NCBI GenBank assembly: GCA_964361095.1
Contig: CAYHZA010000005.1
Span: 19,080 to 67,102 of the forward strand
DNA: 48,023 nucleotides
Source of the DNA: an uncultured Candidatus Saccharibacteria bacterium
GTDB taxonomy: Bacteria; Patescibacteriota; Minisyncoccia; UBA6257; 2-01-FULL-56-20
Direction of reading: 5' to 3'
Made by a program: the position numbers and the translations under genes. Within the stretch, counting starts at the first letter, position 1. Each line of letters starts with the position of its first letter. The notes below the pieces were generated by a model. That model saw only the letters and a program-made list of their open reading frames with translations. It was not told the origin of the DNA and searched no databases. This document shows, piece by piece, positions 1 to 9,700 of this stretch.

Positions 1-181
1 GGCAAAGGAGGTACTGAGTACACCAGTGCGAATGTGCCGACGTGCGAAGGCAAAGGAGGTACTGAGTACACCAGTGCGAATGTGCCGACGTGCGAAGGCA
101 AAGTACATTCGCCGTATTCGGCTCAGTATCTTCCTCACTCGCGTTCGTCGAAAGGTACTGAGTACACCAGTGCGAATGTAC
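1..181. repeat. 48-bp tandem duplication plus hairpin element
   Basis: 1-48 is identical to 49-96. AGGTACTGAGTACACCAGTGCGAATGT occurs at 9-35, 57-83 and 153-179. 103-112 pairs with 172-181 and 122-132 pairs with 152-162. Confidence 0.9.
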
Positions 182-612
182 GACAACGAGGAGTAAGTTT
201 GATCGAGGTGATCGCGGTGGTTCTTATCATGGGGCTTATCTTTACGTGGGGGTTGGGCATCGGGCTTAATTTATATCGTAGGGTAACGTTGAACGGTGAA
301 CGCGACGGTCTCGTTATGGTTTTACGGAGCGCGCGGACGAGGGCGCTCGAAAATCGCAATCAATCCGATCACGGAGTTTATGTGGCGACCACGACATTTG
401 TTTTGTTCCAGGGTCCGTCGTACGCGAGCCGAACCACGACGTATGACGAATGGTTTCCGCGCACGACGGGCGTTGCGGTAAACGGCGTAACGAGTACGGT
501 GTTTCTGAGTTTAAGCGGCAACGGGACGGCATCCGGAACGATTACCTTTTCCAACGGATATCAAAGTTCCACTCTTGTTTCTTTAAATTATGAAGGAAGA
601 ATTAACTGGTAA
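1..612 (+). CDS. Type IV pilin-like protein (FimT/GspH-like); start uncertain, frame is open from the window edge
   Basis: QRG|VSLIEVIAVVLIMGLIF prepilin cleavage/N-methylation motif followed by a hydrophobic helix. Frame 1 has no stop from position 1, and its N-terminal part is repeat-derived. Confidence 0.8.
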   Translation, partial: GKGGTEYTSANVPTCEGKGGTEYTSANVPTCEGKVHSPYSAQYLPHSRSSKGTEYTSANVRQRGVSLIEVIAVVLIMGLIFTWGLGIGLNLYRRVTLNGERDGLVMVLRSARTRALENRNQSDHGVYVATTTFVLFQGPSYASRTTTYDEWFPRTTGVAVNGVTSTVFLSLSGNGTASGTITFSNGYQSSTLVSLNYEGRINW

Positions 613-1969
613 AAGAATCGGAATTTCGGGACAAGGAGTTCTCGAGATCTTAATAGCGCTCGCTATTTTGACGATCACGTTGTCGGCGGCAATACTGGTC
701 GTTTATGGCGGTCAGTCTTTACTCTTGGATACGCGGCTGGGTAATCAGGCCTTAAACATCGCGCGTGAAAAACTTGAGAACGCCGAAGATATCGGGCGAA
801 ATGATTTTAACAGTTTAGCGAGCACTTCTTCCGCGTCCGGTATTTTTTCCGGTACGCTTACGGTGACGGCAGTCAATACGAGCACGAAGCAGGTAATAAG
901 CCGCGTGAGTTGGAGCGTTGATCCGTTGCGGGTACAAAAGGTGGAGTTGAAAACTTTGGTGACGAACTGGGTGCCGCCGGTGCCGCTCTTTGGTGACTGG
1001 CAAAATCCGTTATCCAAAGGAACGATAGATTTGGGGCCGGGAAATTCCGGAACAGGGGTTCGTGTGAGAAACAGAATTGTCTATATAACGTCAACAGCCT
1101 CCGATTCCAAAAAGCCTGATTTTTATGTTATTGACGCTACGGATCCGGGAAATCCGACCATTATTTTCAGTACAAGCACCGGTTCCGGTGCGGATGCCGT
1201 AGCTATAGGCGGCAATTATGCCTATATCGCGAATCATGATTCAAGCGGACAGTTGCAGATTATAAATGTTGCAAATCCCGCAAGCTCCTATCTCGTAAAA
1301 ACCTATCAAATTCCAGGGCTTGCGAATAGCGCGTATATCAAAAAACTCACGGTGAGCAACAACATCGCCTATGTGGTCACCGAAAAAAATGCCGGTCCGG
1401 AGTTTTATACGATAGACGTAAGTAATCCCGCAACCCCCGTGCTTCTCGGCACCTTCGAGATAAACGACAATGCGAACGGAATACGCGTTGACGGTACGAC
1501 GGCGTATGTCGCGGTTGCAAACTCGAGCGCGGAGATGAAAACGATCAATGTCTCAAACCTCTCCGCGCCGTCTCTTATGAGCAATTTCAATGCCACGGGG
1601 ACTCTCTCTGGTTACAGCTTGTCGCTTATTCCCGCGAGCTCAACGATGTTTTTGGGTCGCGCGCAAGGGACCGGACCGGAACTTGTCGTCGTAAATGTTT
1701 CAAATCCCGCGGGGATGACGTTAATCAGTAACACCGAAATTGGAGCGAACATTCTCGGCCTGAAGGCCGTAAACTACCTCGTATTTCTTTTGACCGACGA
1801 CGCAAACAATGAATTTAAGGTTTATAATATTTCCAATCTTTCAAATATCGTATTTTGGTCAGAGTTGAATTTCCCACAAGCGCCCAATGATATTGATTAC
1901 GAACGGAATACTCTTTACGTCGCCGTGCGGAGCAACGACGCGCTCCGCATTATTACCTCAACGCGATGA
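590..1969 (+). CDS. Pilin-like N-terminus fused to an LVIVD-repeat beta-propeller (putative pilus adhesin)
   Basis: GQG|VLEILIALAIL prepilin motif. Repeated units FYVIDATDP, LQIINVANP, FYTIDVSNP, LVVVNVSNP. Confidence 0.8.
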   Translation: MKEELTGKRIGISGQGVLEILIALAILTITLSAAILVVYGGQSLLLDTRLGNQALNIAREKLENAEDIGRNDFNSLASTSSASGIFSGTLTVTAVNTSTKQVISRVSWSVDPLRVQKVELKTLVTNWVPPVPLFGDWQNPLSKGTIDLGPGNSGTGVRVRNRIVYITSTASDSKKPDFYVIDATDPGNPTIIFSTSTGSGADAVAIGGNYAYIANHDSSGQLQIINVANPASSYLVKTYQIPGLANSAYIKKLTVSNNIAYVVTEKNAGPEFYTIDVSNPATPVLLGTFEINDNANGIRVDGTTAYVAVANSSAEMKTINVSNLSAPSLMSNFNATGTLSGYSLSLIPASSTMFLGRAQGTGPELVVVNVSNPAGMTLISNTEIGANILGLKAVNYLVFLLTDDANNEFKVYNISNLSNIVFWSELNFPQAPNDIDYERNTLYVAVRSNDALRIITSTR

Positions 1970-2466
1970 AGACGTTACGGGGATTTACGCTTATTGAGAC
2001 ATTGATCTATATTGGTCTTTTTGCCGTGATTATGAGTTTGACGGTCGTGATGCTCTACCAGATCATCGCAAACCAAGACCGGAATCGCGGCGCTATCGAG
2101 GTGGAAGAGGAGGCGAATTTTGTGATGGGAAAAATAAAGTGGGGTTTCTCCGCCATGCGGGTCATTAACCAGCCGACCACAAGCAGTACGGGAAATATCC
2201 TGTCGCTTGATAAGTGGAATTTTAGCCAAAATCCGTTGGTTTTCGGACTTTCCTCGGGAACAGTGACGCTCGCGCGCGGAACAAGCTCCGCGGTCGCGCT
2301 CACGAGCGACAGAGTATTTGTCGATGAGCTTACTTTTTATAACCGCCCCTCGACCAATAACTATCCACCTTCCATTGTTATTACGATGGGGATTCGATCC
2401 GCGTTGTCCTCCTCTACGATCGCTTCGACAACCCTGCGAAACGCGATTTATTTAAGATCTTTTTAG
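1966..2466 (+). CDS. Type IV minor pilin (PilW-like)
   Basis: RG|FTLIETLIYIGLF motif; ATGA overlap with the upstream gene. Confidence 0.85.
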   Translation: MKTLRGFTLIETLIYIGLFAVIMSLTVVMLYQIIANQDRNRGAIEVEEEANFVMGKIKWGFSAMRVINQPTTSSTGNILSLDKWNFSQNPLVFGLSSGTVTLARGTSSAVALTSDRVFVDELTFYNRPSTNNYPPSIVITMGIRSALSSSTIASTTLRNAIYLRSF

Positions 2467-2467
2467 T

Positions 2468-2863
2468 ATGAAAAGAATTATTTCCACAAAAAAAGGATAT
2501 ATCGCCATTACTTCGGCTGTCATGATGATGGGGATTATTATTTTTATCGTGTTTACAATCGGGTTCACTTCGTTTTTAAGCAGAGCGAATCTTTCGCATT
2601 CGTATTACAAAGATAAAACACTCGGCTTGGCTGAGGGATGTCTTCAGGTGGCGCTTTACAAGCTCACCCAATCAAGCACGTATTCCGGCGCGGAAACGAT
2701 TCCGGTTGATACGGAGACGTGTCGCGTTGTCTCGGTCGTCGCGAGCACGACGAGGAAAATTATCGTGACGCAAGGTGAATATCAAAAGGCTTATACGAAC
2801 CTTCGGATTACGATTGACGAGGCGGATTTTGCCCTGTTGAATTGGGAAGAGTTGACTCAGTAG
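2468..2863 (+). CDS. PilX-like minor pilin
   Basis: KKG|YIAITSAVMMMGII lacks Glu5, as PilX/GspK do; GLAEGCLQVAL motif; C-terminal WEE. Confidence 0.7.
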   Translation: MKRIISTKKGYIAITSAVMMMGIIIFIVFTIGFTSFLSRANLSHSYYKDKTLGLAEGCLQVALYKLTQSSTYSGAETIPVDTETCRVVSVVASTTRKIIVTQGEYQKAYTNLRITIDEADFALLNWEELTQ

Positions 2864-2879
2864 AATAGTGGAGTATCCT

Positions 2880-2923
2880 TGTGGATAACTCTTATGACAG
2901 ATTTCTGTCCCTTATGCTATAAT
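2880..2923 (+). promoter_or_regulatory. DnaA-box consensus and extended -10 promoter upstream of the major pilin
   Basis: TGTGGATAA at 2880-2888 (reverse complement TTATCCACA); TGCTATAAT at 2915-2923. Confidence 0.55.
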
Positions 2924-2964
2924 GGTTATAACTTAAAAGGTCGAAAGAATTCTTTCATGTATTA

Positions 2965-3411
2965 ATGAAAAAACAAAGCGGTTTTACCCTCATTGAATTA
3001 TTGGTGGTAATCGGCATTATCGCGATTTTGGCTGGCGTGGTGATCGTGGCGTTGAACCCGGCTCGGCAGTTTGCCCAAGCCAGGAATTCAACCCGACAGG
3101 CGAATGTAACGACCATTTTGAACGCTATTGGCCACAACTCGGTGGAAAATAACGGCAATTTCACCTGCGTTGGCGCCGGTCCGGTTTCGACAAGCACGGT
3201 ACTGGTTATGGGTTCCAGCACCTATAATATCGCGCCTTGTATCGTACCGACCTACGTTTCTATTATGCCCGTAGATCCCACGACCGGAAGTTTTGTGGAC
3301 ACTACGAACTATAATAGTGGCTATACCATCATAAGAGATGCTACGACCGGTCGTTTGACGGTTGCTGCCCCGGCTGGAGAGCTTGGCGTAATTATCTCTC
3401 AGACTCAGTAA
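2965..3411 (+). CDS. Type IV major pilin-like protein
   Basis: SG|FTLIELLVVIGIIAILAGVVIVALNP; a Cys pair; own promoter and terminator. Confidence 0.9.
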   Translation: MKKQSGFTLIELLVVIGIIAILAGVVIVALNPARQFAQARNSTRQANVTTILNAIGHNSVENNGNFTCVGAGPVSTSTVLVMGSSTYNIAPCIVPTYVSIMPVDPTTGSFVDTTNYNSGYTIIRDATTGRLTVAAPAGELGVIISQTQ

Positions 3412-3428
3412 CTTTGACCTCTTGGTCA

Positions 3429-3469
3429 TTAAAAATCCCCTTCGGCTTTTACGCTAAGGGGATTTTTAA
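3429..3469. terminator. Bidirectional intrinsic terminator between pilin and dnaX
   Basis: TTAAAAATCCCCTT...AAGGGGATTTTTAA inverted repeat between convergent genes. Confidence 0.8.
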
Positions 3470-3477
3470 TTCGCCGA

Positions 3478-4590
3478 TTATTCCGTTTTCTTCAGGTGCT
3501 CTATCAGCGCCACTTCGAGCGGTACCGCCGCGAAGGGACTGTAGCGCATTTCACTGTAGCCGCGGATCAAAGCTTTGATCAAGGGAATAGTCTTCTCGGG
3601 GGAAACTTTTTCGGAAAGTTCCTTGAGGCGTTTCAGCTCATCGTTCGTCATTTCTAAATGGAGAAACGTTTCAACTGAAGGGCTTAATTTATATGAAAGA
3701 ATCTTCCTTAGGTAGTGTATGAGATCTTTGGTAAGTTGGATTATGTTATGACCCTCCTCATTAATTTCAGCGAGATAATGAATGGCGCGGGTAAGATCGC
3801 CGTTTATGATGTGTTCGGCAAGCGCGTCAACTTTTTTGAATCCGACTCTTCCGGTCAGACGTTCCGCGACGGAGAGCGTTATCGCGGACTCAAGTGAACC
3901 CAGTTGATCGAGCAATGATTCCGCGTCGCGGAGGCTTCCTTCGCTTGCGGCGGCGATGAGTTCGAGCGCCGCGCCGTCGATCGTTATGCCCTCCGCCTTC
4001 GCAATCAAGGATAATTTTTCGATGATCTTTACTTTCGGCAGTTTTTTAAAGAGAAAGCGCTGGGTTCTCGAGGTGATCGTCGCGGGAAGTTTTTCGTATT
4101 CGGTGGTGGCAAGGATAAGAACGGCATGTCGTGGAGGCTCCTCGAGTGTCTTCAGGAGCGCGTTGAAGGCGGCGCCGGTCAACATATGTACTTCGTCGAT
4201 GATGTAGACCTTGTACGGCGCGCTCGTGGGCACCGAGCCGATGCTCTCTTTAAGATTCCTTATCTCGTCAATGCCGCGATTCGAGGCGGCGTCGATTTCG
4301 ATAAGGTCAAAGGCGTTTCCCTCGTCAACCTCGCGGCACGTTCTGCATTCTCCGCACGGCTCTCCTTTGTCGTGGAATGCCTTGTCGGCATGCCGGCGTT
4401 CGCAGTTTAGGAGTTTCACGACAAGCCGTGCCGTCGTTGTCTTCCCCGTCCCTCGCGGCCCGTAAAAAAGATAGGCGTGGCCTATGCGATCCTGCTTTGC
4501 GGCGTTTTGGAGGATCTGAATGGTCGCTTCCTGCCCGAGAAGTTCCTCTAATTTTTTCGGTCGGTATTTGCGATAAAATGCCAGTGCCAT
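3478..4590 (-). CDS. dnaX: DNA polymerase III subunit gamma/tau (short form)
   Basis: Start reassigned to MALAFYRKYRP. GPRGTGKTT Walker A, EIDAASNRG, IIDEVHML, AFNALLKTLEEPP. Confidence 0.95.
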   Translation of the reverse strand: MALAFYRKYRPKKLEELLGQEATIQILQNAAKQDRIGHAYLFYGPRGTGKTTTARLVVKLLNCERRHADKAFHDKGEPCGECRTCREVDEGNAFDLIEIDAASNRGIDEIRNLKESIGSVPTSAPYKVYIIDEVHMLTGAAFNALLKTLEEPPRHAVLILATTEYEKLPATITSRTQRFLFKKLPKVKIIEKLSLIAKAEGITIDGAALELIAAASEGSLRDAESLLDQLGSLESAITLSVAERLTGRVGFKKVDALAEHIINGDLTRAIHYLAEINEEGHNIIQLTKDLIHYLRKILSYKLSPSVETFLHLEMTNDELKRLKELSEKVSPEKTIPLIKALIRGYSEMRYSPFAAVPLEVALIEHLKKTE

Positions 4591-4693
4591 AAGCGTGGTA
4601 AGGTGTCTTTGAAGTATAGGGAAAACGATTGCCCAGAGCAAACTTTCGGAGTATGATAGACCTAATATTTTTTCTTTACGATAATAAGTTTTT

Positions 4694-6049
4694 ATGAAAG
4701 TCGCGCTTGTGGTTTTGGGAGTCGGAATAGTGGTCGGTGCCTTTTTTTTATTGAACGGAGAGGGAGTTTTGACGTTTGCTCCTGACGGATCGGTGAATGG
4801 TTCGTTCGAGAAAAGCGTGGAGAGCACCAGCACCTTGTCGATTTCCTCGGGAGTGGGAAATAGTTCCGGTACACTTCCCAAGGGAGGAGTGAACACGACT
4901 TCAACGTTAAAAAATCAGGACATAGAAAAACAGTTGCCGCTTACGTCCTCACCGCTTGAAATTAAGGCGATTTACGCGACCAACTGGACCGCCGGTTCGC
5001 CGCAGAGGATCAAGCGGTTGATCGATTTTGTGGATAAGACGGAGTTGAACGCGATCGTAATCGATATCAAAGATTATTCGGGCTTTCTTGGCTACCGAAC
5101 CGGTATTGCGGACGCAAAGGCAATCGGCGCGGAAAAAGATATCCGCATACTGCGACCGAACGCGCTTATAAAAGAACTTCACGATCACGGCATCTACGTG
5201 ATCGGCCGCATCGCTGTTTTTGAAGATTCTCTTTTGGCAAACGCGCGTCCGGGATGGGCGTTGCAAAACAAGGTGACCGGTGGAATTTGGAAAGATCATA
5301 AAGGACTCGCGTGGCTCGATCCCTCGGTCTCCGACGTATGGGATTATAATATCGCAATCACCAAAGACGCGCTTTCGCGCGGGTTCGACGAGATTAACTT
5401 CGACTACATTCGTTTCGCCTCCGACGGCGATTTGGCGAATATCGGATATCCCGGCTGGGACCAGAAAACTTCCAAAGCAACAGTGATCAAAAAGTTTTTT
5501 AAATATCTTCGCGAGAATCTCCCGGGCGCGAAAATTTCCGCCGATTTCTTCGGTCTCACGACGATAAACTATGACGACCTTGGCATAGGGCAGGTGCTCG
5601 AGTCCGCGTATCAGTATTTCGATTTCGTCGCTCCCATGGTCTACCCGTCCCATTACGCTCCCGGGTTTCTCGGATATAAGAGTCCCGCGAATTTTCCCTA
5701 TGAGGTTGTGAAGTATTCTCTGGAGAATGCCGTGAAACGACTCAAGAATTACGGCATTCCGAGGGTGTCGAACGCGTCATCTACCGCGAGTTCGACCGAT
5801 GCAAACGCGACGAGCGCCGTTCTTTCCGAGAATATTCCGAAAACGAACGCGAAACTTCGACCGTGGCTTCAGGATTTTAATCTGGGAGCCACGTACGATG
5901 CCCCAATGGTTCGAAAGCAAATTCAAGCGACGTACGATTCGGCGACTGGAACGCCGCATCTTATGAATGGCTGGATGCTGTGGAATCCCTCGAATGAATA
6001 TACCGCGGGCGCGCTTGACCTTCAGACCCCAAGTTCTTCGCATGATTAA
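4694..6049 (+). CDS. Putative glycoside hydrolase (DUF4015-like), membrane-anchored
   Basis: N-terminal TM; ELNAIVIDIKD, GFDEINFDYIRF, PMVYPSHY, LRPWLQDF, WMLWNPSNEY. Confidence 0.75.
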   Translation: MKVALVVLGVGIVVGAFFLLNGEGVLTFAPDGSVNGSFEKSVESTSTLSISSGVGNSSGTLPKGGVNTTSTLKNQDIEKQLPLTSSPLEIKAIYATNWTAGSPQRIKRLIDFVDKTELNAIVIDIKDYSGFLGYRTGIADAKAIGAEKDIRILRPNALIKELHDHGIYVIGRIAVFEDSLLANARPGWALQNKVTGGIWKDHKGLAWLDPSVSDVWDYNIAITKDALSRGFDEINFDYIRFASDGDLANIGYPGWDQKTSKATVIKKFFKYLRENLPGAKISADFFGLTTINYDDLGIGQVLESAYQYFDFVAPMVYPSHYAPGFLGYKSPANFPYEVVKYSLENAVKRLKNYGIPRVSNASSTASSTDANATSAVLSENIPKTNAKLRPWLQDFNLGATYDAPMVRKQIQATYDSATGTPHLMNGWMLWNPSNEYTAGALDLQTPSSSHD

Positions 6050-6060
6050 TCAGAACCCCT

Positions 6061-6819
6061 ATGGCTTTTGACCTCGCGCTCGAACAATTCAGCGGTCCCA
6101 TCCATAAGCTTCTTGAACTTGTGGAAGAAAGAAAATTGGAGATTACCGAGATCAGTTTGGCGAAGGTAACGAACGATTTTTTGGCATATTTAAAAACTTT
6201 GGAAAAAATAGAAACGCCGCTTCTCGCGGATTTTGTGGTGGTCGCGAGCCGCCTCGTGCTTATTAAATCAAAATCGCTTCTTCCCGAACTTGCTTTGACC
6301 GACGAGGAACAGGGAGAGATCAAAGACCTCGAGAATCGTCTCATACTTTTTCGTGAATTTAAACCGGCGATGAAAGACATCGCTTCGTTGTGGGATAAGG
6401 GAGGAAGGCAATACGCGCGCCCTTATCTTTTAGTACGGGAGCTTACTGCCTTAGATCAAACCGATTTTTCGGGCGAGGGAGTGAAGATGTTTTATCCCGG
6501 CGCATCAGTTACGAACGATGCGCTGTTTGAATCACTAAGAAAGATATTTTCTGTTTTCCAAAAACTGGAGACCGAGGAGCAAACCGTTAAGGAAAAAATC
6601 ATTACGGTTGAGGAAAAAATACAGGAAATTATACGCCGCGTAAGCGAACTCGGCAGTACGAGTTTCAGGCATCTTTCCGAAACAAAATCCCGCTCGGAAA
6701 TCATAACGCTTTTTTTGGCGGTGCTTCATCTGGCTCGGGAACAGTTGATTTTTTTGGAGCAAAAGAGCTATTTTTCTGATATACTCATCAATGCGGTTGA
6801 GGCGGAAAAGCCCCTGTGA
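6061..6819 (+). CDS. scpA: Segregation and condensation protein A
   Basis: FSGPIHKLLELV, LIKSKSLLP, FLAVLHL; adjacent to scpB. Confidence 0.92.
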   Translation: MAFDLALEQFSGPIHKLLELVEERKLEITEISLAKVTNDFLAYLKTLEKIETPLLADFVVVASRLVLIKSKSLLPELALTDEEQGEIKDLENRLILFREFKPAMKDIASLWDKGGRQYARPYLLVRELTALDQTDFSGEGVKMFYPGASVTNDALFESLRKIFSVFQKLETEEQTVKEKIITVEEKIQEIIRRVSELGSTSFRHLSETKSRSEIITLFLAVLHLAREQLIFLEQKSYFSDILINAVEAEKPL

Positions 6820-7379
6820 CCATGGAAGAAGACAAAAACAAAGAAAAACTTTCATCCCTCGAAGCTCTGCTTTTTATCTATGGTGAGCCTATCGCGGAGA
6901 CGAAGATCCAAAAAACACTTGGATTGAAAAAAGCCGAAACGGAAGCGCTTATAGCTGCGTTTAAGGAGGAGCTTGCTCGTCCGGATCGGGGATTAACGCT
7001 TGTCGTGACATCAGGGAAGGTACAGTTGGTAACGAAGGTTCAATTTAACACATTGCTTGAATCGTTTGCCAAAGAAGAATTAGGAGGGGAGCTTACGCCC
7101 GCGAGCCTCGAAACGCTCTCGATTATCGCCTATCTTGGACCTGTAAACAGGGCGAAGATAGATTACCTTCGCGGGGTAAATTCCGCATTTACCGTGCGGA
7201 ATCTGCTTCTTCGGGGACTTATTGAACGCGAAACAAACCCCGACGATTCGCATAGTTATCTTTATGCGCCAAGCGTGGAGCTCATCCGCCATCTCGGTCT
7301 TTCGAATCGCGAAAGCTTGCCCGACTATCAAAAATTTCAATCTCTTTTGAAAATAGGAGAAGAGCACAATGCGGGATAA
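6816..7379 (+). CDS. scpB: SMC-Scp complex subunit ScpB
   Basis: LEALLF, LETLSIIAY, IDYLRGVNS. The start may be the ATG at 6822. Confidence 0.93.
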   Translation: MTMEEDKNKEKLSSLEALLFIYGEPIAETKIQKTLGLKKAETEALIAAFKEELARPDRGLTLVVTSGKVQLVTKVQFNTLLESFAKEELGGELTPASLETLSIIAYLGPVNRAKIDYLRGVNSAFTVRNLLLRGLIERETNPDDSHSYLYAPSVELIRHLGLSNRESLPDYQKFQSLLKIGEEHNAG

Positions 7380-8424
7380 CATCCAAAAATTTCTGCTTCT
7401 GGGTGTTTTGCTTTTTTCTGTTTTTTTCTTACATCGTAATTTCGCGCTTCCCGTGAGCCAGGATAAAAAATCCGTGCCCGTGAGCGTAATCTATACAAAG
7501 GCGTCGGAAGAAAAAAAAGTATCTCCCGCGGCGCCTCGGCCGATCCCCTTGCCTTCTTTCGAAAAACAGACCGCGTTCCTTTCGAAATCGATTGTTGTCC
7601 GGTCGGACGAATCCGTTCCCGCCCTGCGTTCTCCGGAGAGCGTGCCCAGTGAAACGTTCTATCCGACGCGCGCGATACCCGCAAAGCCCGACGTTCATGC
7701 GGAAGCGGCGCTTGTCGCGGATCTTGAAACGGGAGAGAATTATTTTTCGTTCGAGTCGGGAAAACGTTGGCCAATCGCTTCGCTTACGAAACTTATGACG
7801 GCGGCGGTGGCGATGAAGACGATCGACATGGGGCAGGTGATTACGCTTACCGATATTGATTTTCATCCGGAACTCGGCGGAAGTGCGCTTCGTTCGGGAG
7901 AGGAATATACGGCGTCCGATCTTTTGGAGATGATGTTGCTTGTTTCAAGCAACGAAGCGGCGGAGGCGCTTTCTAACGTGCAGGGACGTACCGAGTTTGT
8001 GCGCGCGATGAACGAGCAAGCGTTTCTTTGGGGACTTCATGAAACGTTTTATAGCGAGCCGACGGGACTTCTTTCGGCGAATCAGGCGACGCCCGATGAT
8101 CTGCGGAAGCTTGCTGCGGCATTGCACCGGTTCTATCCGCGCATTTTCGATATCACCCGCTTGCCGCAGGCAACCGTTACCGAACTTCGTTCGGGCGAAT
8201 CGAAAACGATTTCAAGTATTAATCTTTTTGCCGGAAGAGGGGATTTTTTGGGCGGAAAGACGGGCTACATCGACGAATCGAACGGGAATCTACTTTCGCT
8301 TTTTTCGCATAATGGTCGCCCGATAATCGTCGTAGTTTTGGGCACCAATGATCGGTTCGGTGAAACGGAAAAACTGATACGATGGTTCAAAAATGACTTC
8401 ACTTCTCACACAACAAGCCGTTAG
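7369..8424 (+). CDS. D-alanyl-D-alanine carboxypeptidase (peptidase S11)
   Basis: N-terminal TM; SxxK (ASLTK), SxN (SSN) and KTG motifs. Confidence 0.88.
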   Translation: MRDNIQKFLLLGVLLFSVFFLHRNFALPVSQDKKSVPVSVIYTKASEEKKVSPAAPRPIPLPSFEKQTAFLSKSIVVRSDESVPALRSPESVPSETFYPTRAIPAKPDVHAEAALVADLETGENYFSFESGKRWPIASLTKLMTAAVAMKTIDMGQVITLTDIDFHPELGGSALRSGEEYTASDLLEMMLLVSSNEAAEALSNVQGRTEFVRAMNEQAFLWGLHETFYSEPTGLLSANQATPDDLRKLAAALHRFYPRIFDITRLPQATVTELRSGESKTISSINLFAGRGDFLGGKTGYIDESNGNLLSLFSHNGRPIIVVVLGTNDRFGETEKLIRWFKNDFTSHTTSR

Positions 8425-9448
8425 GATTATTATCCTTACCACGCTTTCTTTTTTGGTCGCGCTCGCGGCAACTCCTTTTTGGCTTCGATTTCTTTCGAAG
8501 AACCGGATGGCGAAACAGATCCGTACCGCGAGGGAAGCTCCTGTTTACAATAAATTCCACGAAAAAAAAGCGGGGACGCCGACCGGCGGGGGCATTATTA
8601 TCTGGTCCACGGTTATCGGACTCGCGCTCATCTTTGGAATTTTAAGCTATTTTTTTGACGGCTTTTGGAAGTATCTCAATTTTATAAATCGCGCCGAGAC
8701 ATACTTGCCACTCGCGGCGCTCCTCATAGCCGCTCTCCTTGGGCTCCTTGATGATTGGCTTGGAATGATGAAAATCGGGGGGGCGAACGGCGGCGGCGTG
8801 AAGATCCGCTATAAGCTTGCACTGTATACGGTAGCCGCTTTAATCGGGGCGTGGTGGTTCTACTTCCGTCTCGACTGGGACGTACTTCGTATTCCGTTTT
8901 TCGGCGATTTTCAGATTGGCTTATGGTATATCCCCATTTTCCTTTTTATTATCGTAGCGAGTGCGTTTTCGGCGAATGAGACCGACGGTTTGGACGGACT
9001 TTTGGGAGGCGTGGCGCTTTTTTCTTTCGTGGCGCTCACGACCGTCGCGTTCGCCCTCGGCCGCTATGACCTCGCGGCATTCGGGGGAGTGATGATCGGA
9101 AGTCTCTTGGCGTTTCTGTGGTTCAATATTTATCCGGCAAAGTTTTTTATGGGAGACACCGGTTCGATGTCTTTGGGAATCACAATTGGAGTGATTTCCA
9201 TGCTCACAAACACCACGCTCCTTCTGCCTTTTTTCGCGATTATTTTAGTCATCGAATCACTTTCGGTATTAGTTCAGATCGTAAGCAAAAAAATTTGGGG
9301 CAAGAAAATTTTTCTCTCGACGCCTATCCACCACCATTTTGAAGCTCTCGGTTGGCCCGAATCGCAGGTGACGATGCGTTTTTGGATTATTTCCGCCATT
9401 TCAAGCGCGTTCGGATTGGTGCTCTTTTTCCTCGCGCGGGCTTTTTAA
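8393..9448 (+). CDS. mraY: Phospho-N-acetylmuramoyl-pentapeptide transferase
   Basis: KKAGTPTGGG, NETDGLDGL, FMGDTGS, PIHHHFE; polytopic membrane protein. Confidence 0.95.
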   Translation: MTSLLTQQAVRIIILTTLSFLVALAATPFWLRFLSKNRMAKQIRTAREAPVYNKFHEKKAGTPTGGGIIIWSTVIGLALIFGILSYFFDGFWKYLNFINRAETYLPLAALLIAALLGLLDDWLGMMKIGGANGGGVKIRYKLALYTVAALIGAWWFYFRLDWDVLRIPFFGDFQIGLWYIPIFLFIIVASAFSANETDGLDGLLGGVALFSFVALTTVAFALGRYDLAAFGGVMIGSLLAFLWFNIYPAKFFMGDTGSMSLGITIGVISMLTNTTLLLPFFAIILVIESLSVLVQIVSKKIWGKKIFLSTPIHHHFEALGWPESQVTMRFWIISAISSAFGLVLFFLARAF

Positions 9449-9516
9449 AAGGCGGTATTCAAATTCGATGCTTTTTGTCATAGGCAATTTTTTGTGATAT
9501 TCTCTAATTACATTTT

Positions 9517-9679
9517 ATGCGCCAATCACAGCTTTTTACCCCCACACCTAATCGAGATTGCGAAGTGATTGCTATTTTCAATTTTACCAGCTCATATCCT
9601 GCGCAGCCTTAAATGTTACAAATTCGATGAATGGATCCAGAAAGCTGATTATCTCAATTAGGTGTGGGGGTTTACGAAA
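9517..9679 (+). pseudogene. Vestigial proS 5' end (MRQSQLFTK) split by a MITE
   Basis: Removing the MITE and one TTTA copy gives ATG CGC CAA TCA CAG CTT TTT ACG AAA, versus MRQSELFTK for the live gene at 9701. Confidence 0.75.
9539..9670. mobile_element. 132-bp MITE-like element
   Basis: 20-bp TIRs with 1 mismatch (CCCCCACACCTAATCGAGAT / ATCTCAATTAGGTGTGGGGG), flanked by a TTTA direct repeat at 9535-9538 and 9671-9674. Confidence 0.8.
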
Positions 9680-9700
9680 GGCTCGCTTATATATTTTCTC

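Noticed and set aside
1-181. CRISPR array
   Set aside because: The units are contiguous identical 48-mers with no unique spacers, and no cas genes are present.
2880-2888. Replication origin
   Set aside because: Only one perfect DnaA box in a short intergenic gap, with no cluster and no dnaA.
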